NCBI GenBank assembly: GCA_010405405.1
Contig: MU004233.1
Location: forward strand, 1,800,566-1,864,565
Length of the DNA: 64,000 nt
Origin: Microthyrium microscopicum
Taxonomy: Eukaryota
Reading direction: 5' to 3'
Position numbers and translations under genes: made by a program. How positions within the stretch are numbered: position 1 is the first letter of the stretch; every line of letters begins with the position of its first letter. Of the stretch, positions 40,245 through 53,334 are shown piece by piece. Under the pieces are notes generated by a model that had not been told where the DNA came from, did not search any database, and was given only the letters and a program-made list of their open reading frames with translations.

Positions 40245-41879
40245 ATGGACTCGTTACTGGCACTTCGAGGACCTCCCCAGCCAAGGGATTCAGATAGGAC
40301 AAAACATCGCTCAAGTCGGAATTCCAGACATAAAGAGGGCCATGCTCGTAGGCGACAGAGATCCCCCTCATCCTCATCGCCGCCAATACGCAGACAACAC
40401 AGTCGGTCGCCTTCACCAATTCGTCCCCGTAAGCATATAAGATCTACCACCAACCATAGGGATGGCCACAAAAGACATCGCCGACGCGGGCGTAGTAGTC
40501 ATGATGCGCGCGGAGTTCGAGAGGCCGATATTGAAGAGGAGCAAGATGTTGGAAAACGGAGACATCGCCGAGGCAGAAGTATCAGTCCCATCAGGTCAAC
40601 CAGAATTGCTCATCCCTCACTTTCGGGCTTTCCTTGGAACCACGATGCTGCATCGAGACATCAACTGCCGCGTCGAACAAGAAAAGGTCTGGCCACAACG
40701 GCATTGGTCGCAGGGGTCTTTCTATTTTGTCTTTTATCTTCACGACGCTCTCGGAGATCTCGACCTGAAACAAGAACTCCAATATATCCTACGTTCCCAG
40801 TGCGCCCAAGGGCGCCAATGGTCGCCGAGGCGGGGAGCAGAATGGGGTTTGAGGAAGAAGAGCCCTTGTCTGATACTGACAGCGAGGATGAAGATGATGA
40901 ACCCGGAACAGATACAGATTCAACGGAAAGATCACATCCAATGTGGCTAATTAGGTCGCAACCCCGTGGAGGTTCATCACAGCCTGCGATAATGCCAATA
41001 ATCCCATCAAACTTCACTTTCCATGAAAGTGACGAAAGTGAAGATGAAGATGTGGATTTTCAGCCGGCCAGGGGTGAAGGAAGTGATGGCCCTAGCAAAG
41101 AGTGCGTTGTTTGCAGCACCGAAAAGGATGCTGAGGAGTTTCTCCAAGGAATCACTGCAGAATGTGATCACGAAGTCACAACTTGTCGAGAATGTTTAGG
41201 TCATTGGATTCGCACGAGCTTAGAAAGTCGTACTTGGTATGATGTAAGGTGTGCTGAATGCCCACAAAACATTTCATACGAAGACATGATGCGAATTGCT
41301 CCTTATGATATCCTTGACACGTGAGTAAGCCACTGGGCTAACAGCATTCATTAAAAAAGCTGACTCTTCTAGGATCATCACTCAGTCATTTCGTACTGCG
41401 ATTAGTAACATGCCGGATTTTCATTGGTGTATCTCCTCGTCTTGTAAATCTGGACAAATCCACGAAGTCTCACTTGACGGCCCAGTCTTTAGATGCCATG
41501 CCTGTGGACTTCGCTCTTGTGTTGCACATAATGTTCCTTGGCACTCAGGGGAAAGTTGTGAAGAGTACACGTATCGAACTAGACCAAAGCATCAGCGAAA
41601 GGAGGATAGAGCAAGCGAAAAACTGGTTGGTCGAATAGCCAAAATCTGCCCAGGCCCAAACTGTGGAGTCAAAATTCAGAAGACGGCCGGATGTGATCAT
41701 ATGACTTGTAAGTTCTCGGCTTCAGCGTTGACGAAAAGTAGTATTAATGATTTGCAGGTCGACAATGTACACACGAGTTTTGTTGGATATGTTTGGCGTC
41801 TTATACTGATATCAGAAGGAATGGTAATGGTGCACATCAACCTTCATGCCGATATCATTCCGTAGATTTTGAGGTTTAA
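40245..41879 (+). CDS. RBR (RING-IBR-RING, Ariadne-like) E3 ubiquitin ligase with Arg/Ser-rich N-terminus; 3 exons
   Basis: Exons 40,245-41,320, 41,373-41,707 and 41,758-41,879 join in frame via GT-AG introns. RING1 CVVC…CDHEVTTCRECL…CAEC. IBR WCISSSC…CHAC…CVAHNVPWHSGESC. RING2 CPGPNC…IQKTAGCDHMTC-RQCTHEFCWIC. Confidence 0.9.
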
Positions 41880-42423
41880 TCTGTGGACTTGCAAAGCAGG
41901 CTCAATGGTTGAAAAGTCACCTGCCATTCTGTTATCGACTTTACAATCTGCCATTCACTAGCTCTGATTAGTGAGCACTTTGTTGGCTACAGAATACTTG
42001 CGTTTCAATGGTCTATTGAAAAGCTACGAGGCGGATAATACCCTCTTTTGCCCTCCATGCGCTACTGCTTGTGCCTACTTGTGTACTGGTACTAAGGTAT
42101 CAGTCGTGTGTCACGGAAATCGTAGGAAAGGCACGTTATTGCAAATCCAAACTTGAATTCAAGCAGCTTTTATCAAGAATAAATAAATGTCCGTGTTAAA
42201 CTAACGGGATGCTATTGACCAGCCAAAGGTGGCAGTAACAACCAAAGAATTGAAGATAGAAGTAATCTCAAGCGAGATCTAATAGTATCGACACCGTGCC
42301 TCTAGTTACAGAAGCCTGGCTTGTTGTTACCCTGGATGTGTTGACATTCCTTGCGAGTATCATGTCTATTAGCGAATTAGCGCATTGTTGGAACAAAATT
42401 ACAAACCACCCCAGATTTGTGAC

Positions 42424-42952
42424 TTACCGGTACTCCTTTTTGTCGTTACGGAGTTCCTGGCGCGCAGCTTGAAGCTGGCTGCGGTCCTTGTTAACACGCC
42501 AGTCGCTGGCACCTTTGTGATGCCCGTGGTTAGCGGGAAATTTTGAAAGAATTATCTGAAGTCTTACCGTTGTTTCGGTCTCTGTTGAGACGATCACGGC
42601 TATCCTGGATCTGGTTGCGATCCTGGTCGATGTAAGCATGTTTTGTTTCTTACCCAAGTCGTTCAGTGCGACTAGAATGCTACTTTACCTGGCGAATTTC
42701 TTGTCTGTCTTGTTTTCGCTCGTGGCGGTATTGCTCGCATCGACTAGGAAAGGTCAGTTAATGGACTCTCTAGACTCTAGTTGCTACTGGAGTCTATGCT
42801 GCGGTCACTTACGAGCGCTCATGGCCGTTGTTGCCAGCCTGGCAAGCGTCGTAGCTCTCATAGATATCAGCTGAGTTGTTCTCAACTGGAGCGGCGAATG
42901 CCATGGCGCTGAAGCCAACAATGGCGAGGATAACAGATTTAGTGAAAAGCAT
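42424..42952 (-). CDS. Small secreted protein, 112 aa, 4 exons, Asp/Arg/Gln-rich C-terminus
   Basis: Exons 42,952-42,813, 42,743-42,689, 42,622-42,568 and 42,512-42,424 (339 nt) join by three GT-AG introns with branch-like sites into MLFTKSVILAIVGFSAMAFA-APVENNSADIYESYDACQAGNNGHERSRCEQYRHERKQDRQEIRQDRNQIQDSRDRLNRDRNNGASDWRVNKDRSQLQAARQELRNDKKEYR*. caaaATG start context; upstream TATA. Confidence 0.85.
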
Positions 42953-43054
42953 TTTGAATTGAGTTCAAGAATAGAAGACTTGCTTAATGAGTGAATGAAT
43001 GAATGAGTGAATGATTGCTGAGCTGATGGTGGTTTTGGTCGGGGGATTGATGGG

Positions 43055-43062
43055 TTTATATA
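43055..43062 (-). promoter_or_regulatory. Putative TATA box of the small secreted protein gene
   Basis: TATATAAA on the minus strand ~105 bp upstream of the ATG at 42,952, followed by a (tcat)n-rich leader. Confidence 0.55.
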
Positions 43063-45791
43063 CACCAGATTCCACTACGAACTGCCTTCGCTTTGAGTCC
43101 AACGTCCTATCTTGATGATACTGTGGGCAGTGCCAATACCAGTTGAGGCTTGGCTGCCCCCAATTTCGTTACATCAAGTCAATATCCATTGCTAGGCGAG
43201 CAAAGAGTTGACGATTTGATAATTTTCCATGAAGCAATATCTACAGGTACTGTTGCTGATAGGGCGGACAAATTCATCTTCCTAGGGTATGATACACACG
43301 AAGAGTTCTGATAGACATTATCACCCAAGACAAGTGAAGTCTGGACCTTGCCAAGAAATATCTTCCCGAGATATCGTTCAGTGTTGACCAGGAGCCCGGT
43401 ATTGGGACTGAAATTAGATATCACACCAAATCCATGCTCTTGAAGACTCGAAGACTCACCTTGGTATGGATGCTTCAAGAGCTAGGCGCCACGAGGACAA
43501 CGAGCTTGTTATTCTTGTACATATATCATGATAATGAGACAATGCTTAATTGAGCTTGCTTCTTGGGAAACTTGTAATGCTCTACAACTAACACAAACAG
43601 TCAAAACTGTACCATGCTAGAAGCTCATGGCCAAAACCATACTGGCCCCACTGCCTTCGTGGTCATTACTTTCTCTAGCGCTACTGTTGTTTCTGTTCGA
43701 AGTTATGATCTGATTACTATCAAATGAACCGAATCTAATCTCGAAAGTCAAGTCATGAGCATATTATCTTGGCGGGCCGCAATAGTTTATTTGCCTGTAT
43801 GGCAACACAGTGACCTGAGCGCCAAGTTATCCAGGTACTCGGTAACGGTGTTATTATGTTCCTCCATTAGGGTCTAGTTTTACAATTCCCATGGTACGCA
43901 TCACGCATGGACTTTGCAGTTCTGGTACATTATTTCAGGGAACAAACCGCCAGAAGCTCTCGAATCTTGTTTCTACTGTTTGATCGCTTCCAGCCATCAC
44001 TTATACGGCATCATGTTGACTGAAATTCGAAGATTGAGTTAATACCTATACCATTATGTCGCGACTTGAATGATCGTCAAGTTACGCCGTCTTGGCTATG
44101 AGAACTATTTCGATCACACACAGCTAAGAAAATCAAGTCGATGATCTAGACCTTGGTTGCTTGGCGGATCAGATACCAAGACGGCCATGAAATAATCCAA
44201 ATTGCGGATATCAAGTCTTGGACGAACTATTTTGGGCAACATAATTTATCCCAGCCACGAGGTTAATTGCCCTGTGCTTGGCTACATGATAGCTCCGAAC
44301 GGCAACTTCCATGAATCTGGGCTACTACACCCGACTCTTGAACTGCGTGGTAACATGTCAAGCGATTTACTCCATGGATACTGACGCGATATGAACCAGA
44401 ACAAGTAATGCTTCCAAGGCCATTTTATGGTAGTGATCGCAATTGGTGGGTTTTTCTTTTCCATAGTATACATGAACCAGGAAACTACAGAATCTTACCT
44501 ATCGTGAACCGAATTCAAGGTCTTCCATATTCGGGATTAACCTGGGACGGTGCATCTAGGCTCTCCACTCATGAAGACTTCCCGTAACTAGATACTGACG
44601 TGCGGGAAGACTAGCTCCTACACTGTTTGTTTTGTGCTGAAGATTACACCTCAACACTCCAGCAGTCTAGAAAAGAGATGCAGTGTTGAAGCTTCTCGTA
44701 GTAAGGATTGTAAAACACTCCGTTACCACCTTGTTAACTTACAATCTTTCCCAGCTTCTGCAAAGATCAATCTGTAGTTTAGCCACACAAGCACATGTGC
44801 TGAAGCTTGAAGCCGAGGGAATAGCAATGGGAATTGAAAATGCGAAATGTGCTTAGGAACAAGCTTTGGCACACCTCAAGGTCTAGAATGCATGATTGTC
44901 GGGTCTATTATCAAATATCATATCTTGGTGATCTGGGATCCGAACGAAGTCTTCTCCATTTCAAAATCTTGGGCGCACAGACGGCATACTCGCTGAGTCT
45001 GTATCACATCTTGTGGCTGCCTTGTGGCGAAGCTGTAGTCTACCTCCTAGGTAGGTACACCCAGATGTAGAATGTGCTTGCGTTTTTGATACCCTAGCTA
45101 TATGTTTCTTAGTACTTTGAATAGCGAATTAACCAATCATAAAAGAATAGCATCTAATTTTGTACGGTAGAGCTCTGTCTTGGGTCCCAACTTTTCAGAT
45201 ATCTACGCTTAACGAGCTATGATTGGTCGATATATGTGAATTCAGTATATGAGGGGGTGTCAAAAACGCAAGCACATTCTACATCTGGGTGTACGACGGG
45301 ACTCTACCGTACGCAACACATCTCATAAGTTCATGGTTTGGACTGTGCGAATCAAAGCAAAAGGTAACCTACCAGAATTATCATGCGCTAACTTATAGAT
45401 TACGTTGGTAAAAGTGTTGATAAATACCTAGCCTTGTAAATGAATATGATGGTTGGATGTAAGATTTTAGCTGATGCATCATCTTACAGTACCTGGCATT
45501 AATGATTAACAATTGAATTCCATTGCTGCAACAATATCTCATTTATCGCGAAAATGCATGGTTGCATCAGCGCCAAGTTACTCAACGCTGCAATTTTCGC
45601 TTCGTGTGGCTGGGACTCCTCTCCCCGCCCATGTTTATGGAATCATGACTGATGATAATGTCAGATTGTAACCGACTTTTGCTACGAAAATTCAAATACA
45701 AAACATCAAACTTGAAAGACCCACAGCCTGTGCAGTCATTGCTACATTCAATCACAACTCGAGTCTCGAGAGTGTTTTCCAATCTCTCAAA

Positions 45792-47454
45792 ATGTCGGAC
45801 ATGATCTGTCCTAACAACAGCAGCAGCTGTCAGCATCATTTCCATGCCGAAGATCACAAATACTTTGACAACAAAAGCACAACTCACCTTCGGGATGAAA
45901 ATGAGGCAGATCAGACGTCAAATCCTGTTGTGGGCGATGGAATTTTGCAGGGTGTACAGGATGTGCAAGATGTTCAGCATTTGAGCAACACGATGGATCA
46001 TGGATACCGAAGAATTATTCGAAATTTCACACCCTCGTATGTTAGAGTCACAGATTTTGTAATTACCGGAATTCGATCTGACTAACTTTTTCCTCTAGCT
46101 GGTTCATCATTACAATGAGCACCGGAGTGATTGCGATCCTATTGCATCAAGTGCCTTATCACGCTTATTGGCTCGACATCATCTCGTACATCTTCTTTGT
46201 CCTCAATATCGTTCTATTTCTACTCTTTACTGTTGTGTCATGCACACGATACATACTATACCCTCGATTATTTCTGTCTGTACTTCGTCATCCGCACCAG
46301 AGCCTGTTCCTCGCAACTTATCCGGTCGGTCTCGCAACTCTCATCAATATGATTGTACTGGTCTGCGTGCCTGCTTGGGGCCAAGGTATGGCTATTTTCG
46401 CATGGGTATTATGGTGGATTACTAGTGTGCTAGCCTTGACCACCTGTTTCCATTTGACTTGGGTAATGTAAGATCCCCTCAATCCATTTGAAGCAATCTG
46501 TATTAGAGTTGGTTAACTCACATGAAAAACAGCATGTCGAATCGGCGAAGTGAGCTTGCGGAAATGACGGCTTTGTACCTCATACCTATTGTCGCAGTAG
46601 TCATTGCCGCAACATCTGGGGGACTTGTTGCAAGTGTCCTGTCAAACCAAGAGCATCGATTGTGGACGGTCATAATAAGTTACATCTTCTGGGGAATTGG
46701 CACACCTTTGTCTTGGATCATCTTGACCGTTTATTTTTTGCGAATGACAGTACACAAACCGCTAGAACGCGAAGTAATTGTTTCGCTGTTACTTCCGATC
46801 GGACCTCTCAGCCTATCAGGGTTTTCGTATGTCGACCTTGCTGCTCTTGAATGCCACACTGGCGCGCATGCTGACTTTCTGCAGATTGAATGTGCTCGGA
46901 AAGGTCGCAAGACACAGCTTACTGACGACCAGTGCACTTACGAACACTATCCATGTTGGAGACATTTTCTATCTTGTTGGATTACTGGCGAGCATCATCT
47001 TATGGGGCTTCTCGATAGTCTGGTTCGTTGTCGCTATCATCATGATAAGCACTGCTGCCTCTTTTCCCTTCAACATGGGATGGTGGGGATTCATTTTCCC
47101 TGTCGGTAAGTTCAAAATCTCCACTTGAGTGGCTTTCACGTTTTTAAAATGATAATAGGGGTATTTACGTTGTTGACAATCTCTATTGGCGAAGAACTTG
47201 AACTGAAATTCTTCAAAGTCCTCTCATGTGTAAGTTGTGTCTCTGTGAGATATAATTGTATTGGAAGGGCTCCTAATGATTTGAAGGTTTTCACAGGAAT
47301 ATGCATCGTGATGTGGCTTGTTGTTGCAATGAGAACAGTGAAGCGTGCGGCTACCGGTAAGATGTTTTTCGCACCTTGTTTGGGAACAGATTTGTTCTTA
47401 AAAAAAGGCTCAAGTAAAAATTCCAAGGCTGGAGAGGGGATAAAATCAGTTTGA
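45792..47454 (+). CDS. SSU1: TDT/SLAC1-family transporter (sulfite efflux pump SSU1 / malic acid transporter-like), multi-exon
   Basis: Spliced ORFs give GYRRIIRNFTPS|WFIITMSTGVIAILLHQVPY…HPHQSLFLATYPVGLATLINM…LYLIPIVAVVIAATSGG…SLLLPIGPL…FPFNMGWWGFIFP|GVFT…GKMFFAPCL, typical of fungal SSU1/Mae1 proteins. GT-AG introns lie between the segments. Substrate cannot be fixed from sequence. Confidence 0.88.
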
Positions 47455-48570
47455 TACATACAGACCTCGAGCTACCTAGATTTATAAGGACAGGTATCTA
47501 GCAGTTTCATTAGAAGCGGTAATTTCGTATGACTTTCATTTCCACAATCAAGAGGGATTTCACTATCTTAGTGGTATTGTGCGAATGCGTCGCGATGCGC
47601 GCTCGGCGTTACGGCGGTGGGTGTTGTCCACGGATACCACTCGACAGCGATTCTCTCTTCTGAACCTGCCACGAGATATGATACAAGATTGCTGCTCCGC
47701 TCTGATGCCAAACTTACGATCAAGTTTGTGAGCCATCCCCCCACTTCAGGTCATCAAGTTTATCGGGGATCCCATGCTAACGCCGCTCTATGGTGCAACG
47801 TACAACGGTCGAATTACTGACAACCTGTTCAATAACTACCAGATCAAGAATGGGATATGTAATTCTGCTACGTCGATGTCCGTCTTTTGATTTCTTCTCG
47901 TCTGGTACTAAAAAAAAGTTCTCTGGCGCATTCATGTGGCTCTCCCTGACCACATGCATTTGCTATGATAGAGAGCCCCTTCTTGTGATGGCCGTAAAGC
48001 AGCTTTCGTCGTAAGAGCTTGCGGGCAGGGGAACTCCATTTCTATACAATCCTTCGGAACTCGTTCCTGTCAAGTGTTTAGGCAGAGCAATGTATTAAGT
48101 TGTACACAGCCATACCTTAGCAGGGGTCAATCGGGGACTTTGGTGCAATTGATAGGATAAGAATTGCATCCCTACCAAGTGGTTCTCTTCCGAGCACGCA
48201 CCACAGACTTGGCTAATCGTTTACAGGTATTTGCGAATAGCGCTTCAAAAGCTGTTTTCATTTTCATTGGACGATTCATTATCAAACTCCGAACTCTTAT
48301 GCTGTGACTTGAGCCAAGGAGTGATGAGCCGGATGATTCAGCAGGAACTTCAAACCATAGAGCCCGATCCGCTCCCAAACAACAATGAAGCTGACCCATA
48401 TGCCAATTGGGCTTGTCAAGCGGCATATTGGCTCTCGTTCTTTTTCGAATCTGAGCGTTTTCTTATACCAATCCTGCTAGGTTGCATGGCAGTAATGCCG
48501 ACATGCCACACCCGAATTATCTCTCTCCCATCATCAGATTCACAACGTTACAAATTCGAGTGCCAGAGCT

Positions 48571-50142
48571 ATGCTGGTATTCTCCTCTACCTTCTTGATA
48601 TTCTTTGCTCCCGTCTGGGGTCAAGGTCACGGTCTTATAGCATCGCTGCAGCAATTCTCTGATCTTAGCATATTCAATGGCTATGTGCGGAACTCATCAA
48701 AACTGACCAGCTTTTTTACATCTGCGAACAACATTACACTCTTTGTTCCATCAGACTCTGCCTTCAAAGAATGGAATTTGTTACAAGATATTGCATTATC
48801 AAGCCATAACTCTTCAATCAGCGACCAGATCGAAGCGTTATTGACTTATCATATTGTCAATGGCACTTTCTCCACTAAAGGATTCTCTGATCGACCTCGT
48901 TTTGCAAGCACCTTAATATCAAATAGTATATTCACCAACGTTACTGGCGGTCAGAGAGTTGAGCTTGTAATGAACGGTGCAAATCCAGTCATTGGCTCTT
49001 ATAACAGGACTACGAGTGGTATTTCGACGTCGGTAAGACTTCTCCACTGAGAGGCATATAGGAATTCACTATTGACCGAATGACAGGATGCAATCTTTGC
49101 AGGTGGACTCATCCACATTATCGATAAAGTGCTCACACTACCTGGCGATGCCGTTCAATTGATTGCACAGCAAGCTTTCGGGTAGGCACTTTCTTTACCC
49201 TGAAAGCTTTCCCCCATCTCTGGGACTGGCATAGCTCGTGAAAATGGCTATGATGGTTTCAGGTCAACCCCGAACAATCACATAAAGCGTATATCAAGTC
49301 TCCACTACAACGAGTTCTGACCACCTAAAAGTTACTTTGTGTCGATATTGACCGCGGGCAATTATATCAGCCAAGAATTTGTCGCCGACGTCAGGAATGC
49401 CATCTTCACGCCGAACACCACTATCTTCGCACCGAATACGCAACAAGCACTTGACGACTTCAAAACCTTATCGTCGGGAAGTTCTCATGAACAGCTAGCC
49501 GCCATTCTCAATTACCACATTATTCCCGGTTCTACCATATACAGTCCTGAGTTCAAGCATTCCATGACGCTGCATACAGCACAAGGCATGAATGCTACCA
49601 TGACATTTCAGGGCAATACAACGTATATCAACGGCGCAAAGATTATTGGTTTAGACTATCTAACCGCGAATGGAGTTCTTCATATGATAGATGAGTAAAG
49701 CTGCATTTCCTGTCAATTGCCCTTAGTAAGATACTTATAACTTCGCAGTGTGCTCAACCCCTTCAACATCACGGGCCCACCAGCCTTTGCGAGTCCCAAT
49801 TCGACTTCCCCCACGGGGGCTACTACACCGTATGCAGTGCCAAAGTCTGGCTGGAGTAAAGATCTGAACCTTGGCGTTGTTATAGGCGCTCCCATAGGTG
49901 CCGTTATTCTGGTTGGTGTCATATATTGCTTGTTTAAGAAGAAGATAAAAAACATAGTTCAACCCACGCCTTCTCAATCTAAGCAGAGATCACTTAACGT
50001 ACCTATGATGCGTTCCCACGAACTGGAGGCTCAAAAGATACAGGAAATGGATGCGCGGCAACGTGTGGTATATCATGAGATGAGCGGAAACGATACTTGG
50101 TATAAAAGGCTCGCTGGGAACGTAGAAGACCAGCATCTTTGA
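48571..50142 (+). CDS. Fasciclin (FAS1) domain protein with signal peptide, two FAS1 domains and a C-terminal TM helix; ~4 exons
   Basis: Hydrophobic N-terminus. NITLFVPSDSAF…ALLTYHIVNG…GGLIHIIDKVLTLP and TIFAPNTQ…AILNYHIIPG…NGVLHMID.VLNP are FAS1 H1/YH/H2 motifs. TM segment LGVVIGAPIGAVILVGVIYCLF is followed by KKK. Confidence 0.88.
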
Positions 50143-50581
50143 TTTTAAGGAACGAACCAGGCTTTAAGTTTTCTATGCTATGCTATGGTACATGACATTA
50201 ATCAGTCCATTATTCATACACACATGATTAAGATACCTTGCCTATTTGGGTTTGACTGCTATAATACCGCTTGTCCTCCCCAGGCGACACTTATGAAGCA
50301 TTTCCACAAGCGCTCCTTAAGGATGCAAAGCCATCAACTTTCTACCCACAACACAAATTTAGAAAAGTGTCTGCAGTGCACAAATGCTTTGTTTATGTTC
50401 TTCCAGCTCAAAAGAAAAACATTTAAGTCGTTTCAGCTTGTAGTGGATAAATCCATGACGTCACCATACCATCTCTCGTGGTCATCGAAGAATGTCTACT
50501 AAAGTGTTTATTCAGTCGCTCTACAAGTAACCTAAACAAACCATTCGTTATCACCTACAAAGTCATCAAAAACAAGCGATT

Positions 50582-51452
50582 ATGCAACCATGGCTACTAG
50601 TTTCACCGGCGTCGAAGGGTATAGGATTCTGTATGGCGAGGCACTTGCTCAAGACCACGAATGCTCCCGTAGTCGTCACAGCACGCAATGACCTTGATGG
50701 AACAAAACGGAAAATCATGGATGGTTTATCGGAGGTGGACGATAAGAGATTGAAGGCGCTTCACCTTGACTTCCTTGGTATGATTTGTGAGAGACAAAAT
50801 GATGCTGAAGTGATTCATCAGCTAACATGTCCTAGACGAGAAATCCATCATGGAAGCATCAAAAGAATGTAAATCGACATTTCCGATCGAGGACAATCTA
50901 CTTCATCTAGCATATGTAATTCCCGGGATACTATTCCCCGAAAAATCACCCGAGAAGGTCGACTACGAAAAAGCGCTTCTCACATTCCAAACCAACACTC
51001 TGGGACCACTGATGTTCACCAAGCATTTCTTTCAATTTTTGCCGCAAAAAAGCATCAAGATGGACGCTTCCTCTGAGGCCTGGAAGGGACTGGATTCAAA
51101 ACTAGCCCGTTGGATCTTCATGTCCGCTCGAGTAGGCAGTGTGACAGACAACAAAAAGGGCGGATGGTACTCATACCGCTCTTCCAAGTCTGCAATCAAC
51201 CAGATCACCAAGTCGTTCGATCTCCACGTCAAAACTAAATCGGGTGATAATGCCATGGCTATTGCCATGCATCCTGGAACTGTCAAGACGGGACTAAGTA
51301 AAGAGTTTTGGGACAGTGTGCCAAAAGATAGGCTGCTTGAGCCGGAAGATTCTGCGGAGAGACTTATTGGCCTTTGTACAAAATCTGATGGGGTTGGACT
51401 TGATGGAAGAGGCCGAATTTGGGATTGGCAAGGGAAAGAGATTGAACCATAG
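50582..51452 (+). CDS. Short-chain dehydrogenase/reductase (C-factor/CsgA-like), 2 exons
   Basis: LVSPASKGIG Rossmann-like start; intron ~50,778-50,836; MSARVGSVTDNKKGGWYSYRSSK (YxxxK); HPGTVKTGLS; GRIWDWQG. Confidence 0.9.
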
Positions 51453-52764
51453 GTTGGTATGGTTGATGTTGCAATGTATGCTGAAGATCGGCTCCGCAAT
51501 AGTCTATACGATCCGGTTTCGGTAGAAATAACGTGTCTATAAAATGTAGGAAAGTTCAATGTTGGGATAAGGCTGAAAGTATAGAAATACGCCATTCATG
51601 CAGCTTATTAACAAGAACATGATAATCCTGTCTAGCATTATGGAGCATGTTGTAGGAATTCCGTTCGTCTGTGAAGTTCTAGTGCTCCTCGGCACTTTTT
51701 AAACGTAGAATTCTTACTGAGTCTTACAGAGAGTATGATATCAGATATGAATCTACTCCAAAATCGAAGAGTTCTCAATGTGCTCATATCTGAGAAAGGG
51801 AAAGTCATATGGAGGTGGCGAGTGCACTGCTGCGCCACAGCTACAGCCGTGATCAACGTTACGCTACGGAGTACACTCCAGCCCGATCGACGACCAAATT
51901 TGGATTCATTTGTTGGTTTGTTGGTTGCATGAAACGGTCGATAATCATGCCATCCGGTAGTACGTTCCCCGCAAAAATATGGACACAAAAAAGGTCGGTC
52001 CATTATTCATAACCCGAGTACTCTACTAGTAGGTATTTGGTACAACACCTGAGTCAATTACAGGACATAGGTCATCAATGAAAAGATATCTAATCTCGTT
52101 CCCGTCATTGTATCGACATTGACATAATTACAAGTCAAATATCGCACCATAAACTGAGCCTGAAGTTTCCGCGACTTGACTAGGATACAAACAGGATCAC
52201 TTCAAGTCAAATGCCAAAAGCGTCAGCATGCTGTAGGGTTCCTGTTCCAACCTACTAGATTAGGAGAAAACCAGCCTCCGATCTTTGACTTGGTGAACCA
52301 TTTTTCGACTTCATAGTTCGTCATACCAAGCGGTCAATATTCGTCTCATGATGAGCAGCCACGAGGGCAAGCGAGTAGCGGTCCAATTACATGGCTGGCC
52401 TCGTGGTTGCAAGCATGAACGGAGGCAGGGTCTTGCATTGTGGCTCAGCACCGCATGGCTTCCATGTGGGGAAAGGCCAATCAGAGATTGCCTATGACGT
52501 ATATACAGCCTTCTGAACGTCATGTTCCGTATCAGATTGTACTGCCAACTCCCAAGAACTACTCAGTAATAGCCTTAGACAAGCATAGACAGCCTCAAGC
52601 CTATATAACAGGCCACAGCCGGACCTTGAAATTATCCCGTCCATCAAATCACATAACAACACCAAAGTCCAATAACCAACAATCAACAACTACCACTCAT
52701 ATCAACCTTCATACAATAACTTAACCATTATCACACAAATCTTCCAAGCAATCTCACATTCAAT

Positions 52765-52974
52765 ATGGGTTCAGGAATGTCAAGACACTCTCGCCGCTCT
52801 TATGGCACCACAACAGCACCAGTTGCTCACCGCAAGCCATACTTCTACATTGGTCCAAGCAGACGCACTCATCACACACATCATACACACCACACAACAC
52901 ATACCACCGCTGTACGACCAGCTCGCCGTCGCAGAGGATTCCACTTTGGCCGAACACGACGCAACTACTATTGA
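52765..52974 (+). CDS. Small (69 aa) Arg/His/Thr-rich basic protein with MGxxxS N-terminus
   Basis: ttcaatATGG start context. TATATAA at ~52,602 and a C/A-rich leader typical of well-expressed fungal genes. Sequence MGSGMSRHSRRSYG…THHTHHTHHTTH…RRRRGFHFGRTRRNYY. Confidence 0.65.
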   Translation: MGSGMSRHSRRSYGTTTAPVAHRKPYFYIGPSRRTHHTHHTHHTTHTTAVRPARRRRGFHFGRTRRNYY

Positions 52975-53334
52975 TTCAACCGCCGTGGGCGTGAGGGATT
53001 AGTTGCGAAAGGAGGACTCGCTTGTTATCATTATACCACTGTACCAATATTTTACCATAGCATCCATGTTATAACATGATCATGAATGAAACTTAATGAC
53101 GAATTTCCAAAACCTCTTGTTTCTTCGTTCGATATGACTTCTTGGTGAATCAACAATTTGTAAAGTGGTGCTCTTGTTCACTTCGGGAAATCATATACTG
53201 ATTGATATAGAATTCTACTTCTTTGCGATTCTAGGGAGTTCAAATGAAATGCTTTGCAATGATCTATGTGACCATGACATAGTATAGAGTAGCAGCAATA
53301 CCAGATTTTGGATGCTGCCAATTATCCCCCTTTT

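Noticed and set aside
43179..44473. Gene(s) from the short ORFs between the secreted-protein gene and the transporter
   Set aside because: A signal-like start (MALEALLVLVHI) exists near 44,420 on the minus strand, but no splice model I tried gave an open frame and no family motif was found.
47617..48560. Short ORFs upstream of the fasciclin gene, including 48231-48662
   Set aside because: No motifs, several non-ATG starts, and overlap with the better supported fasciclin model.
51032..51595. Antisense ORFs over real genes (also 40175-41017, 53819-54780, 61828-62505)
   Set aside because: Shadow frames of well supported genes on the other strand or frame.
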